DNA of 64,000 nt from Paragordius varius. Lineage: Eukaryota > Animalia > Nematomorpha. Shown one piece after another: positions 51,182 through 64,000 of the stretch. A program made the translations under genes and the position numbers. Below the pieces are notes generated by a model that did no database searches, had not been told where the DNA came from, and saw only the letters and a program-made list of their open reading frames with translations. Location: positions 1,550,001 to 1,614,000 of the forward strand of contig OZ176051.1 in NCBI GenBank assembly GCA_964247055.1. Direction: 5' to 3'. Numbering within the stretch: the stretch's first letter is position 1; every line of letters begins with the position of its first letter.

Positions 51182-52362
51182 TAATATTTATTTCTACAAA
51201 AAAATAAATTTAATCAATAATATACAGTAATAAAATATATATACTTGGGCATTTAAATATTCCGGTTCTATTTTCAAATTCTTAGACCAGCCGATTCCAC
51301 CTCCAAAATAAGTGATTTCCATATGTTTTTATTTATAAAAATTGATAAAAAGTTTTGTGATTTCCCATTAAAATGTAATGAGGATAATTTTAAAATTTTT
51401 TGGTATTATTTTTAAAAAATTCATCATATGATAACAATTTTTTCTCGTATCCGTTTAAATTTGAGAAGTAGTCTAACGAGCGAATCGCTTGCTGAAATCA
51501 TGTTTTAAAGGTAAATAAATATTTCCTTTATAAATGCGATGGTTATTATAAAAGACACTTGTTACATATACCGTGTTACTTATATATTTGGCCATTTAAT
51601 TTTTCTCAAATTCGTAATTTACTTATATATAAGCAAATATAGGCCATCTAAATAATGGTAATTGTATTCACTAATGACCAATAAAAAAAATTTTATACAA
51701 ATAATTATACTGAAAACAAACAAAGAAATAAACAAATTATAATAGTTTTCAAAAACGCCAATTAGCCAAGATTTTAGTTAATTGATAGATTTACAAATGT
51801 TGGATATTGGTTTAAGAAAAAGTTGCATAAAAATCATTTAATGGGTCAGGAACCAAAATGAAACAGGCTCAAAATGAGCGATTCCGGAACCGTTAAATTT
51901 ATAAAGAACCAACTCGGTTTCGGTTCCACTTCTTTCCACCCGGTGATTTTTTGGGACAATTTAGAAGGGGGATTTGAAATATAGTCAAATTATATATATT
52001 TGTTTTAGAAAAAAAAGCGGCTCGAGAAGCCATTGACACCCTTTAAACAGTTTAAAATCACCTTTTTATTTTTTAATATATATATATATATATATATCTT
52101 TTAAAAATTGTTTACACCGAACAAATAATCCAAATTTTAAAAAAAATAAAAAAGCTCTAACAATATACAATCTCTGGCCCAGAGGCCTACGAATCATTAA
52201 ATAAAAATTTTATAATTCAAATGTAAAATCATAAACAATTAAATCGATAAAAGTTGGTGTTAAATATAATTTTCTAAAAGTTTCAAAAATAATCAGGTGT
52301 TTTCAATCGCATACCATATTTTTGACTTTAAACATGCAAAAATATAGAGAATAGTTTTTCAA

Positions 52363-52875
52363 CACTTGAATACAACACATTCAATGCTGTGTTCCGATTC
52401 AAATTGGGGTTTTTGGGGATCCCATGTCGGTTTAAAATCAAATATTTCCAAAAATATGGAAACAAAACAAAACCATTGCAAAATTTGCATTAATATAACA
52501 ATGATGCACCGAAATAAAGATTCATTTAAAAAACTCGAGATTAGTTATTCTATGTATGTATGTGCATTAGCTAAATATAAAAATAAAGCTAATAACCATT
52601 TTTCTGTTTATGTCAATGTTTGTTAAAGTTAAACATTAGCTTTAATTTTAGTGTTCAGAACTAAAGAAACATGATATTTTGCAAAAATGATGTGATATTA
52701 GAAAGGCGTTGAAGTAGTATGATATGGAACTTTTTTCAAAATTAAATTTAGATATTTTAGCTTATTATAATTTTTATTAGGATAAGGCTGAAATCGTGTC
52801 TTTCAGTAGTTTGTTAAAGAATATCAACACAAATATAGTCTGGGGTCACTAGATAACCCATATTGAATTGAAGTG
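52363..52875. mobile_element. TTAA MITE family B copy
   Basis: cacttgaatacaacacattc ... gaagtg|TTAA, with shared internal blocks. Confidence 0.7.
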
Positions 52876-54837
52876 TTAATAATTGTAATTAAACATAAAT
52901 AAAAACTCTAAGTTTAATCCTAATATTTTAATTATATCCTTGAACTCGATGGATAAAGATTAATCCAAATGGTACTATTACATGATTTATCTGTAAAAAA
53001 CTGTAAAGACACAAATGATATTTTAATAAGATTCAATACCATAATGGATCAAATAAAATTGATAATACAACCTTCTATCAAGATGTTTTTTTTAAAAAGA
53101 GACCCAAAAGCACAGTCTAGTTTTTGAAAATGACTTAGAAGCAGCCCGACTTTCCAACCGGCTATACTTTAATATAATCCAATAAAAAGCAAATATTATT
53201 GAAAAATATATATAAAATACGCTCTAAATGCAAATTATAAATTCATCGTATATTAAACTTGTAAAATTTAATGTTTTTATACAACAATGAGCGAACTTAT
53301 ATTTAACTGTTGGCTGTATAGTTTCAATCTTATTACATAACATATCTAGATAAGTGCAAAAGGCGTTTTTTTCGCATATTAGGTCAAACAAAATTGAATC
53401 AATTTGATTAAAACTTGTCAACTATATTTGTTTTATACACCTAAGGATAATTCTAAACGCATAATAAAATTTTACATTTTTGTCCTAGAAAGATTTATTG
53501 CAAAAAAATTAGCTAAAAATCGGACTATGTCGAATTTGAATCATACGAACTTATTAATGCGGTAAAAGATTTTAACTTTTATTAACGCAATTTTATATTA
53601 ATTCAATATATAAAAATTACCCATTATATCGCCCTCAACAAAATTTAAGACTTGTTAAAAACAATATCGATAAACCAAAGCGGAAGGTCGCATAATTTTT
53701 ACAAAACATATATATATATATATATATATATTAAATACTTTTTCCTTACAATTCGATGGAGAAAAAAAGATATATCATCCAGATTTTTGATTTGGAAATT
53801 TTTTACCCGAAAATCTTTACCATTTTAACTTTTAAGCTTTTGGGCATAAAAATTCCCCAATTAAAAAACAGAGTCGATAGATAGATCTTTTTTTGTATCG
53901 AAATATATGTAAATATTTATAATATATGTATTGAATGCTTTGTAAATATTCTAAGCAGCTTCCGCTTTGGTGCAAATTATTGAAAATTTTTTTTTATATA
54001 AGGCTTAAATTATTTTGAAGGGAATACCTTGGGTAAATCTATAAGTATATATGATTGTTTTAATAATAATTTAAATTCATTACCGCATATCATTTGTTAT
54101 CATTCAAATTTGACGCCTTGGTGCGATTTTTTAACTTATATTCTTAAAAATCTTTTTGGGACCCTCCGAAAAGGTGTAAAATCTTTGATGATAATATTTT
54201 GCGTTTTTTATCCTTATGCTATATTAACACGTATAAAATTTTGTTGACACGTTTTCATCTATTCTATTCAATTTTATTTGACCTAATATGCGATAATAAG
54301 GATTTTTCTGATTTCAGCTTATAGCAGAAAAAATTTAAACTATTTTTAGTATCCGCATATATCATTTCGATTTTCATTATCCCGAAGCTTTTAGCTATCA
54401 ATGATATGTGATTCCTTAACATTTACCTTTTTTCTGCGCACTATGCAATTGGACTTTTTTACAAATATAAAATTAATAAATTTATAAAAATTATTTTATA
54501 TAATTTTTGAGATAGTTTGGTTCTCTTATTATGTAATATTTTTTAACAAAAAATAATATTATGGTTGAAAATAATTTAGCGTCGAATTAGTGTTTACTTG
54601 AAGTAACAATTAACACTTTATTGCTTTCACTTTTTTGTCTTAGTTTACATTTTGGGGTAGTATATTCTAGAACTCAATTTTGTGAAGACAATTTAGAAAT
54701 TTTTAATTAAAATTTAATTATCAAACATTGTTTTCATATATTAGATATAAAAGCTTATAATTTTTACAGTTTTATGATTTTTATAAGCTAAAATTGGGAA
54801 TGCTTCAGAAAGAGATGGAAACGAACAGATGATATTA

Positions 54838-55892
54838 AACTTAGATAACACATTCATTACAGTCCTTCGATTAATTGTGGTAGTTGGATACGCCAGGCCT
54901 ATTGAAATCAAAATATTTTCTAAAATATGGAAGGAATCGACCCTTGGCAAAATTTTGCACTTATATATTGATAAACCAGAATATATAAAAAAATTCCATT
55001 AAAAAACACTTGATATTAATTATTTTAAGGTGACCCCTAAAGGTAAAAATTTAGTCAACCTGACATGTGTGCATTGGCCAATTGAAAAATAATTCAAAAT
55101 AAACCATTTTTCTATTTCTATCAATGTTAGATGTGATTTAAATAAAAAATTAGTTTCAATTTTACCATTAAATTTAAATGAACCTGATATTTTAAAAAAA
55201 TTTGTAAAAAAATGGCGTCGAAGTAGTTTGACATGGAATTTTTTTTCAAATCGAAATTTTATTTTAATAATTTAGCTTATTTATATAATTTATTTTAGGA
55301 TAGAAATAAATTTAACACTTCGATTCAAATTGGGGTATCTAAATACCCCAGGCTATATTTAAATTAAAATTTTTAAAAAACTACTGAAGGAAACGGTCCC
55401 AATTTAAATTTATGCTTCTATCCTTATAAATATTATATAAATATGCCAAAATATCTTGATAAAATTTTGTTATGAAAAAAAAGTTCCATCTCAAACTACT
55501 TCGACGCCATTTTTATTTTACAATTTGCAAAATATCGTCTTCATTCAATTTTAAGGGTAAAACTAAAGCTTATTTTTTATATAAATTACATCTAACATTG
55601 ATAGAAATAGAAAAAGCGGTTTATTTTGTTTTAATTTTTATTTTTACAATTTGACACATGTCACGTTGACTAAATTTTTACCTTTCAGTTTTAGCTCAAA
55701 ATAAGTATATCAAGTATTTTTGAATAAAATTTTTTATATATTTCGGTTAATTAATGTTACATAAGTGCAAAATTTTGCCATGGTTTCGATTGCTTCCATA
55801 CTTTGTAAAGTATTTGATTTTAAACATGCCTGGGGTATCCAACTACCCCAATTTGAATCGAAGGACTGAAATGAGTGTGTTGTATCCAAGTG
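54838..55892. mobile_element. Two adjacent, oppositely oriented family B copies (~54838-55310 truncated; 55316-55892 complete with TTAA on both sides)
   Basis: TTAA at 55312-55315 and 55893-55896, with ends cacttcgattc / gtatccaagtg. The blocks atggcgtcgaagtagttt (~55213) and aaactacttcgacgccat (~55493) are reverse complements. Confidence 0.78.
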
Positions 55893-56380
55893 TTAAATTG
55901 ATACCGTTTCATTATATTTTTAAAATATTAACTTAAATTTAGTCGGGGGTATTTAGATACCCCAATTTGAATCAAAGTGTTAGAATCAATAAATATTAAT
56001 TAGCTGATAGGTAAAGCTTTTTAAAGTTTTTTACATTTTTTAACCATAATATACATTTATCTGTTGCATTAGCGAAAAATTTATAAAATGGTGGCAAAAA
56101 AGTTTGAGATGAGAATATTCCACAATTTACATTATAAAATTATATTATGCCCCTAAAAGGCTAAAGAAAGCATATTTAAATCGACATACTTTAAATACTT
56201 TTCATAATCAAATATCAAATCGCTCTGGTATATAAAACTACCTCGAAAGGTAGTGGTAAAGGCTTGCTTTTTGTTATTCTTTTACAAAGTATTAAAAAAT
56301 ATTGGCATGGTTCAAAGCGCAAGAAAATACAGTTTGGATTTATCAAATGTAAGAACAATGGCTCTTATTGATTTATTTAA

Positions 56381-56654
56381 CACTTGATTTAAATTGGGGT
56401 TTCTAAATATAGATTATATTTAAATTGATAATTTATTAAACAAACTATAATGCACACCGTGGACTAAATTTTTTCCTTGAGGTTTATCCCCAAATAACTA
56501 ATCTCTAGTTTTTCAAATGAATCTTTATCTATATTTCGGTGCATCAATCAACTCCTTCCATATTTTTTAGAGTATTTAATTTTAAACAGGCTTGGGGTAG
56601 CCAACTATCCTAATTTGAATCGAAGGAATGAAATGATTGTGTTGTATCCAAGTG
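56381..56654. mobile_element. Internally deleted family B copy just upstream of ST13
   Basis: TTAA|cacttgatttaaattggggt ... gtatccaagtg|TTAA. Confidence 0.72.
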
Positions 56655-56759
56655 TTAATACGAAATTTTGCTGGTAAATGTAATTGCATACCTCATTATT
56701 TATATTTTTCAACCATAATATACAGTGTTTGCATACAATACTATTGTTTGCTCACATAA

Positions 56760-56836
56760 ATTCAAAAAAAATATAGACATATAAAAAAAATATAGACATT
56801 TTAAAAAAATATAGACATTTTTTTTAAAAAATATAG
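56760..56836. repeat. Short tandem repeat aaaaaaatatagacat (3 copies plus a partial) just upstream of the ST13 start
   Basis: aatatagacat recurs at about 19-21-bp spacing, ending about 35 bp before the ATG at 56870. Confidence 0.7.
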
Positions 56837-56869
56837 GGATGATCGCATATTTGTCATCTGTTGTTAGTC

Positions 56870-59800
56870 ATGCTGCCATCATCTCAAGTCGAGCAACTTC
56901 GGATTTTTATTGATTGCCTGAAAAAGAATCCTGAATTACTTCATGAACCTAGTTTAGATTTTTTTAGAAATTGGCTGGCAAGGTTATATAAATTAACTAT
57001 ATTTTAGTTTAGGTGCAAAGATACCGGAAGTCAGTAAAGATCATAAAGTACACTTGTTTCTAATATTAGCCATCATTTAACGATAATCATTCGTTTGCCC
57101 ATTCAGATGGAGAATCCGAAATGGAATCAGATTTAGGTTTTATATTTTATTTTTATGTTTGGTATTTTGAATTTTAAATTAGCGGACGTCTGCTCAAAAA
57201 ATAAAGTGCTAGGGTTACCATTTTTGAATTTAGCCCGGAATGGGTTATATATTATAACCAATATTAATTTATTTTGATTTTATTTCAATAAACACGATTA
57301 ATTTTGGGGTAGTAACTCAGAGCTGAGACTTGTAAATAAACTAATTTTTAAAGTTGATCAAAATTGATGTCAAATATTTTTTTCCGTTATGAAAAAGGAC
57401 TATTTTTTACATTCCTATCTCCAGTGTTCGAAATGTGGATACCCTCAAAACCCGTTGAAATAAAAAGATGGTTTTTCAATCATATTAAAATCGCTGCTAA
57501 ATGAATTAAAAGTTAGTTAAATCAATTATCAACTATCATATACATTTAGTTGTCTGTTGTATTATCGTTTAAAAACTGCAAAGAAAAAAATACGAGGATT
57601 TTATTATACCTAAAAAAATAATCATGCCTTTAAAAAGCTAAAAATTGCTTATTTTTAAATTTGGTCCAATATCTTGAATTCTTTTTAACTATATTCGATA
57701 TAAAATCTTGGGGTGTGTGAAACTATCCCAAAAAATGATAATACAGCCAGATTTATACAACTGTAATTTTATTTTTTTTATTTTTTTAGTGTAAATAAAT
57801 ATCAAAACCTGGGATGTTTCATACAAATCGCTTGGCGGGCCGCATTTTCGAATCGAAAAATTCGACGGGCTGCATAGGCAAAATATATGCGTATTAACTA
57901 ATATTACTTTAGATTTTAAACATAGATTGTAAAACTACTATTTTTTTATAATTTTTTTTAGTTCATTGCTGAAATTCGGAAAGGTTTTTTTAGAATATTT
58001 GTTTTAGATCATTAATTTTACCTAGTTTGCGTAAAATTTCTTGCGGGCTGTAAAAATATTTTGGAGGGTGTTGGTTACCCCTGAATTAGTTGTTTAAACT
58101 TCTAACTTATTTTTTAAGGGTATATTTTTATTCAAATCTCAACATTTTTCCATATATAATATGTATAATCAAATATATGTTAATACTATAGATTCTTTGA
58201 TAAATTTATACCTATGAATCGGTCACAAATCAAACAAAATCTGCTTATGATTATGAAATCATAAAAATATTTATTAAACTCGTTTTATTGTTACGGTTCA
58301 TTCTCTTATTATTATTACTATTAATACGCTCTATAAATTTTTGACTCTTCGAGTTAGTAAATAGTGGTCATCTATTATAATATGCGCCTATGGCATTTAA
58401 ATAGCAAATCCAATTTTTTGTAACTTAATTTTATGTTTTTTGTTTTTTTTCTAAAATGATAGTTTTTATTTTATTTGAAGATACCATCCTAGTAACGAAA
58501 ATTCTGGGTGTAGTATTGTTTTAAGTAAACTTAGCAGAATTTATTATTGCGTAATAAAATTGGATTTCGTTGTTTTTATCAAAAATTGAAAAAATTTTTT
58601 TGATTACTTACAGATTTGGATACGGAGTTAATAAAGGAAGCTAACAAAGACGATTTAGCCAATCAAGAAATGGGCGATTCGAGTCTCGAAGTTTCTGAAG
58701 AGATGGAATCTCAAGCTTCTGAAAAACGTAATCTGGCCATCGAAGCCCTGGGTCAAGGTTCTTTTTTTTGTCATTGGTTAATTAACTTGAAATTGCATAA
58801 TATTTTTTTTAAATAACGTTTTGGATGTCTCTATTTTCGGCGAAAAAAATAATTTTTTCGAAATATTTTTTACTTTTCGTTAAATCCAGGGACGTCCAAC
58901 ACAAATGGATTCGCTGGCCGCATGCGCTAAATATATGGGCATTAACAAATTAGATTTTAAATATAAGACTATAAACTACTAGTTATTTTAACAATTTGCT
59001 ATTTCATTGCCGAAATTTGCGTAAATAGTTTAAGAAAATTAATTTTACTTAGATTTCATAAAATTTTGTCTTTGATTTCTTGCGGGCGGAAGAAATATAC
59101 CGGGGGCTTACATGAATTTAAGACCCATAGTTCAGTTTAGTAGCAGAGTTTTGATTATTAGTAATACCTAGATCCATATTTAATGCAATTTTCATTTAGG
59201 GAATATTGATAAAAGTGTCAAACTATTCACTGAAGCCATTCAAAAGAACCCCACATCAGCTGTTTTGTTTGCCAAACGTGCTCAGTAATTAATATTTTAT
59301 AAAATGTGTTTTGTTGTAATTAATTACAAAAATATGTGATAAAATAATCCAAAAAAATTATTTTTTAAATTCCAAAAATGATACAAGAATTTGAAAAATT
59401 ATAAGAAATAGTTGGAATATATTGCAAAAGAGTTTAATAAAGTTTGAATTATGGGGGGATGCAAAAAACTGATTAAATTAGAAAATAAGTTGGCAAAACA
59501 CTTTTGATATGACAATTTTTTAAAAATAAAATATAATTAAAAACATTTTATTAAAAACTTAAAGATTTAGAACCGGATCGTTTTGATTTTTGGTTTCATA
59601 TCTATTTTGCTTGTATTAATTTGCTCCCCTTTTTATTACAGCTAATAAGTTGTGCTTTATATTATTAATTTTGATTATATTCATTTTTTAGAGCTTTCAT
59701 GAAAAAAGATTTTTTCAAATCGGCCATAAAGGATTGTGATGAAGCTTTAAGATTGAATCCTGATTCTTCCTTAGCTCTTCGCATCCGGGGAAAATGCAAC

Positions 59801-60095
59801 AGGTTTTTAATTATTTTTTTTATTCTTAACTTCGATAAACATTATCTATTTTTTTTCGTTTTACAGTTAAATTAAAAATTATAAAGACAAAAAAAATCAA
59901 AAACAAATTTTTTTAAATAAAGACATTTAATTTTTCCTCCATTGTCAAATATATTAGTAAGTGTTACCAATTTAGGGTTCTATCCTCCTTGCGTTAAACA
60001 AAAACGATATGTTTGTTATATATGGAAAAATCAAGGTTTAAAATAAATGAATTTCCTTGTAAAATAAAATAAGCCTTTAAGATTTTTCGTTTTGT

Positions 60096-60133
<38 letters not shown>

Positions 60134-61207
60134 TTATATAGCATGTTAGGCAATTGGGTCGCAGCCAAAAAAGATTTAGCTCAATCGCTTACTATCGATT
60201 TTGATCCCGACATCAATGATTTGCTCAAGAAAGTATCCCCCAATGTATGATAAATATATATAACTTGTGTTTCTTTATTTTATACTATAACTAAGCTCTC
60301 TCACGCATTGCTGTTAGTTAATTAGTGATAAAATATTTTGCAAAATTATTGAGAATCAAAAACTAGGGGCAAATGGAAAAATTATAAGTATTAACTCGAT
60401 TAAAAAGTTCCTTTGCCATTTCTTTAAATGATTTTTTTTACTTAATATCAAAACACATAAACAAAAATTTATAGAAAACTCATTACTCTCGCACATGAAA
60501 TGGGCTTAAAAAAGTAGTTCAACTACGCTCGGCGTGTTTATAATATGAATATTTAATATCGTTTTCCCAAAAATCGCTTAAAAGCCAACGATTTACATTC
60601 CCATAAATGATATTTTTATCCAAACAAAATAAAGGCAGACAAAATTGTGGAACATGAGCGCAAAAAACAACGAAAAAAGGAAGAAAGAGAAGAAAATGCT
60701 CGCCGAGAACGAGTCAAAGCTGCACAAGAGGCTCATGAGAAGGCTGCGAACGCCTCGGGTCCCAAAGTTGAATTTTACTATTCTAGCTTTAAAATTTTAT
60801 GACTTGATTTTTTGCATGAAAAGACTGTTTTTTTTTCGTACGTATTAGACCGCGTCTCAAATGCCATTTGGGGCGGCTGAAGAGGGGGGTATGCCAGGTG
60901 GTATTGGCAATATCTTTCAAACGCTCATGTCAGATCCCGAATTGATGGAAGCTTTTAAGGTTATATTAAATTACTCTCTGTCATATAATTGCTGCGAATT
61001 TTACATGAAAAAGCACAATTATATATCATGTGTATATGTATGTATATAAAATAGGATCCAGAAGTGTCTGCAGCATTCCAAGATATTAGCACTAATCCGG
61101 CCAACATCCTTAAATATCAAAGTAATCCCAAAGTGTCGGCCCTTTTAACCAAATTGATGGGTAAAATGGGGGCAGGAGGAGGTATGGGTGGCTTCCCAAA
61201 CATGTAA
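56870..61207 (+). CDS. ST13: Hsc70-interacting protein Hip (dimerisation domain, TPR, charged region, STI1/DP domain), 10 exons
   Basis: Exon 1 reads [38 protein letters not shown]|LGAKIP. TPR exons lie at ~58614-58757, ~59200-59284, ~59692-59801 ([15 protein letters not shown]) and ~60142-60244. A charged exon ([14 protein letters not shown]) starts at ~60635. The last exon at ~61055-61207 reads [27 protein letters not shown]. Introns at 56983-57007 (25 nt) and 57048-57069 (22 nt). Confidence 0.92.
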
Positions 61208-61463
61208 CCTTTTCTGGAGGCGATATATCTTGTACATATATATATGTGTTTTAATTTTTTTCTTTTCATTCCATGTCACAAGTCATATTATTTTGTTTTC
61301 ATTTACCCTAATTTGCGCAATAGTTTTTTTAGTTATTTTATTTTCCATACAATTAGTGCAAAATATTTCTTTGTAATCTTTCATCTTTTTGTAATATACA
61401 TGATTTTGTGTTTTTAGATTAACAATATGTTTTATAAATTAACGATTTATGCATACATTGTTG

Positions 61464-62464
61464 TCATATAGAATCATATAAAATTTGATCTTTTGCTATT
61501 AAGTCTAGTAATAAATCTGGAGTATTTTGTTTGTTTTCTGATGTTTCCTTTGATACATCTTGGTCCCAGGATTTAATGTCTTTTAAACCAGAGAGTACGC
61601 GAGTTACCTTTAAATAAAAATAATTCATTATATAAAAATAAATTTTAATCATTTGCTGCTATAATATAATTAGGCAAAAATATTTTCATTTTCACTATTT
61701 TATAAATCGACATTTTAAGCACCTGCTAAATCTATTTAAAACAATGAGTTTTTATCAATAATTCCAATTATTTGGTACTTTTTAATGGATGGAGATCCGA
61801 TTAATCTTTTTAAAAAACAATGTACTTTTTAGCTAGTTTAATCTAAAGCTAAACTATTAAATATTTGGCGGCAAAATGTTTGAAATTAGGACGCATATTT
61901 TAAATATAAACTTTGTTTACATTTTTCAAATATTTTATAATATATAACGAGAGTAAAGTAAGTACGAATGTAATTTACATCATTGGTGGATTGCTTTAAA
62001 TCAGTGGCTATTCGTTTTCTTTCGTTAAGCTGTTTTTGCAAAAGACTAATAAGATGATGTTTGGCTTGTATTGGACGGAATTCATTAACAAGATGACTGA
62101 AATTAATAAAAAGTAAATTCAGATCTTCTAACTTTTCAAGTCTGGATGTTGAGTCAGGATTTTGGATTAAAATATCAATTAAATCAAAATAACACATTAT
62201 AATCGATTTTAATATTTTTTCTAATTCTTGTTTTGGATTATGTTTGGACGGATATAAACGACGAATATTTAATTCTTCAAGAGTGGTCAAACACGTCTGT
62301 TTTGAATCATAATTAATTCCAAAGTTAATATAATTATCTGATGATATAGGTGGTGGCTTAAGGCTAAAGGGTAATTCGCTCTGATTTTGTAAATTAATTT
62401 CAGTATAACGATTAATATAAAGAAGAGGGGGCTTGGGAAAACTTGATATAATATTTGAATCCAT
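61464..62464 (-). CDS. MED7: Mediator complex subunit 7, 2 exons (61979-62464, 61464-61607), ~209 aa
   Basis: MDSNIISSFPKPPLLYINRYT...LYPSKHNPKQELEKILKSIIMCYFDLIDILIQNP...EKLEDLNLLFINFSHLVNEFRPIQAK matches MED7. A phase-0 splice (STND|VTRVL) adds a tail DLIAKDQILYDSI, similar to the MED7 C-terminal DQIIEKDAAL motif as I recall it. Confidence 0.9.
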
Positions 62465-62527
62465 TAAAGTCCGAAAATCACAATTTATTTCGAAAAGGTG
62501 TGATTCACTGTTATCAGTTAGGTTCAC

Positions 62528-63825
62528 ATGTCACGGTTGATTATAAAAAATTTACCAGAGCATTTCTCCAATCAACCTGAAAAACTAAAAGAATATTTCG
62601 TCAAATATGGTTTGATTACAGATATCCAGTTAAAATATACACCAAATGGAAAATTCCGAAAGTTTGCTTTTATCGGTTTCTCCACAGACGAACAAGCTCA
62701 AAATGCGATAAAAAATTTAAACCGAACATTTATAAATTGCTCAAAAATTTTGGTTGAACCTGCATTAGATTTAGGTACAATTGAAAAACCTCGAGCCTGG
62801 AGTAAATATTCTAAGGAAAGTTCCGCATCTACTATTTCTAAAAAGGTAAAATTCTATATTAATAAATATAATATAGAAACCCGAAGCTGATACTTTGAAC
62901 GAAAAGCCAAGGAAAAAGACTTCTAAAACTAAATACTTTATTAAGATATCCAATTTACCAGATAAAATAACTGAAACAAAGATTAAAAACTTTTTGGGAT
63001 CGGAAATATTTAATGATATATCTGACATTCGTTTGATTAAAATATTTAAACGAGGTGAAGGCATTAAAAGTTCTACTGCCCATATTGCTTATATATATTT
63101 CTTTCAAGAAGAAACTGTTTCCCGTGCTATGAAATTGAATAAATCTCTTTTGAAAAACCGTTTTATTGAAATTGAACCAAATATTAAAAATGATAAAATC
63201 AACTTAGATAAAAATATATGCCCTCAAAATGATTTAAAATTTGAACCAGCAGATGAAACTGAGATAGATAAAATGTCCCAACTTATGGACACTGGACGAA
63301 TTTTTATTCGTAACCTTCCATACCTTTGCACAGAAAATGATATTGAGGAGTTGTTTTCCAAGTAACATTTGTTTAATAATATATCTATGATATTCTGCTT
63401 TTACAATTTTTTCATTCCAAATGCAAAACATATTTGAAAGCTCCGAATTGTTTCTTTTATAAAAAATATTTTTCACGATCGAAAAAATACTTTTGAAAAG
63501 TTTTTGGTAGCCCTTTAGGTGAAAAATGTTGTCTTTGAATGAAAAAAAGTTATACTAAGTATATCGAGAAATCCAAATTAAAAAAATGTTTGTTATCCCA
63601 TTTACTCCGGTCATAGGTTTGGAAAACTAACTGAAGTCAATCTCCCTCGAGATAAGAGCGATAATAGGATTAAAGGTTTTGGTTTTGTGACTTTCATGTT
63701 TCCAGAACATGCTCAGCTTGCTTTTTCTCAGTTGGATGGAACGAATTTTAAAGGGAGATTGTTACATTTACTGCCTGGGCAGGAAAACAAATCTTTAGAT
63801 ATGGACGCTAACGAGAATACTCAAG
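62528..63825 (+). CDS. RBM19: RNA-binding protein 19 / Mrd1 (multi-RRM ribosome biogenesis factor), 5' part; continues beyond the window
   Basis: MSRLIIKNLP...ITDIQLKYTPNGKFRKFAFIGF is the Mrd1/RBM19 RRM1. Exons are 62528-62845, 62877-63361 (TGRIFIRNLPYLCTENDIEELF) and 63617-63825 (KGFGFVTFMFPEHA...FKGRLLHLLP). A 31-nt intron lies at 62846-62876. Confidence 0.88.
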
Positions 63826-64000
63826 GTATGAGGTCTAATTAAAAATTTATTATGATACAGTAAAACTTATTTTTAAAGACGCAAAAACGCAGCACTAATG
63901 TAATCTATAAGATTAAAAGCTAATCAAATTAGCATTTTAGACGCCCGTGCATCTGATTTTTAAATTTTTCCAATAATGGATTGAAGGTAAAAATATTTAA

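Noticed and set aside
53224-54300. ORFs 53224-53421 and 54029-54247 as genes
   Set aside because: ttgacctaatatgcga occurs in inverted orientation at ~53375 and ~54273, which indicates an old inverted-repeat element. There are no splice-consistent partners or domains.
62465-62527. MED7 starting at 62527 directly against the RBM19 ATG (zero-gap divergent genes)
   Set aside because: The ORF track uses a GTG start. Homology to MED7 begins at the ATG at 62464, so the real gap is 63 bp.

Overview
Very AT-rich eukaryotic nuclear DNA, not prokaryotic. It is probably from an animal, because it carries SYCP3-like, OSER1-like and EGF/trypsin-fold genes; the species cannot be determined from the sequence. 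It uses the standard genetic code. By hand-splicing GT-AG introns I can reconstruct these genes: PSMD14/Rpn11 (-), OSER1-like (+), two unknown small genes, a ~1,330-aa low-complexity protein with GWG/NPW repeats (+), a two-exon LRR-LRRCT-TM receptor (-), ZW10 (-), a SYCP3-like gene invisible to the ORF track (-), a 16-exon secreted protein with nine EGF-like modules plus a catalytically dead trypsin domain (+), ST13/Hip (+), MED7 (-) and the 5' part of RBM19/Mrd1 (+). Intron sizes are bimodal: many introns are only 21-31 nt, while others are kb-long and filled with non-autonomous DNA transposons (hAT-type, TTAA/piggyBac-type and TA/foldback MITEs, and a satellite-forming repeat). Three head-to-head gene pairs have only 35-63 bp between start codons. 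Two decayed copies of a repeat together reconstruct a minimal hammerhead ribozyme. All gene names come from my recollection of family motifs, not from database searches, and all exon structures are inferred without RNA data.
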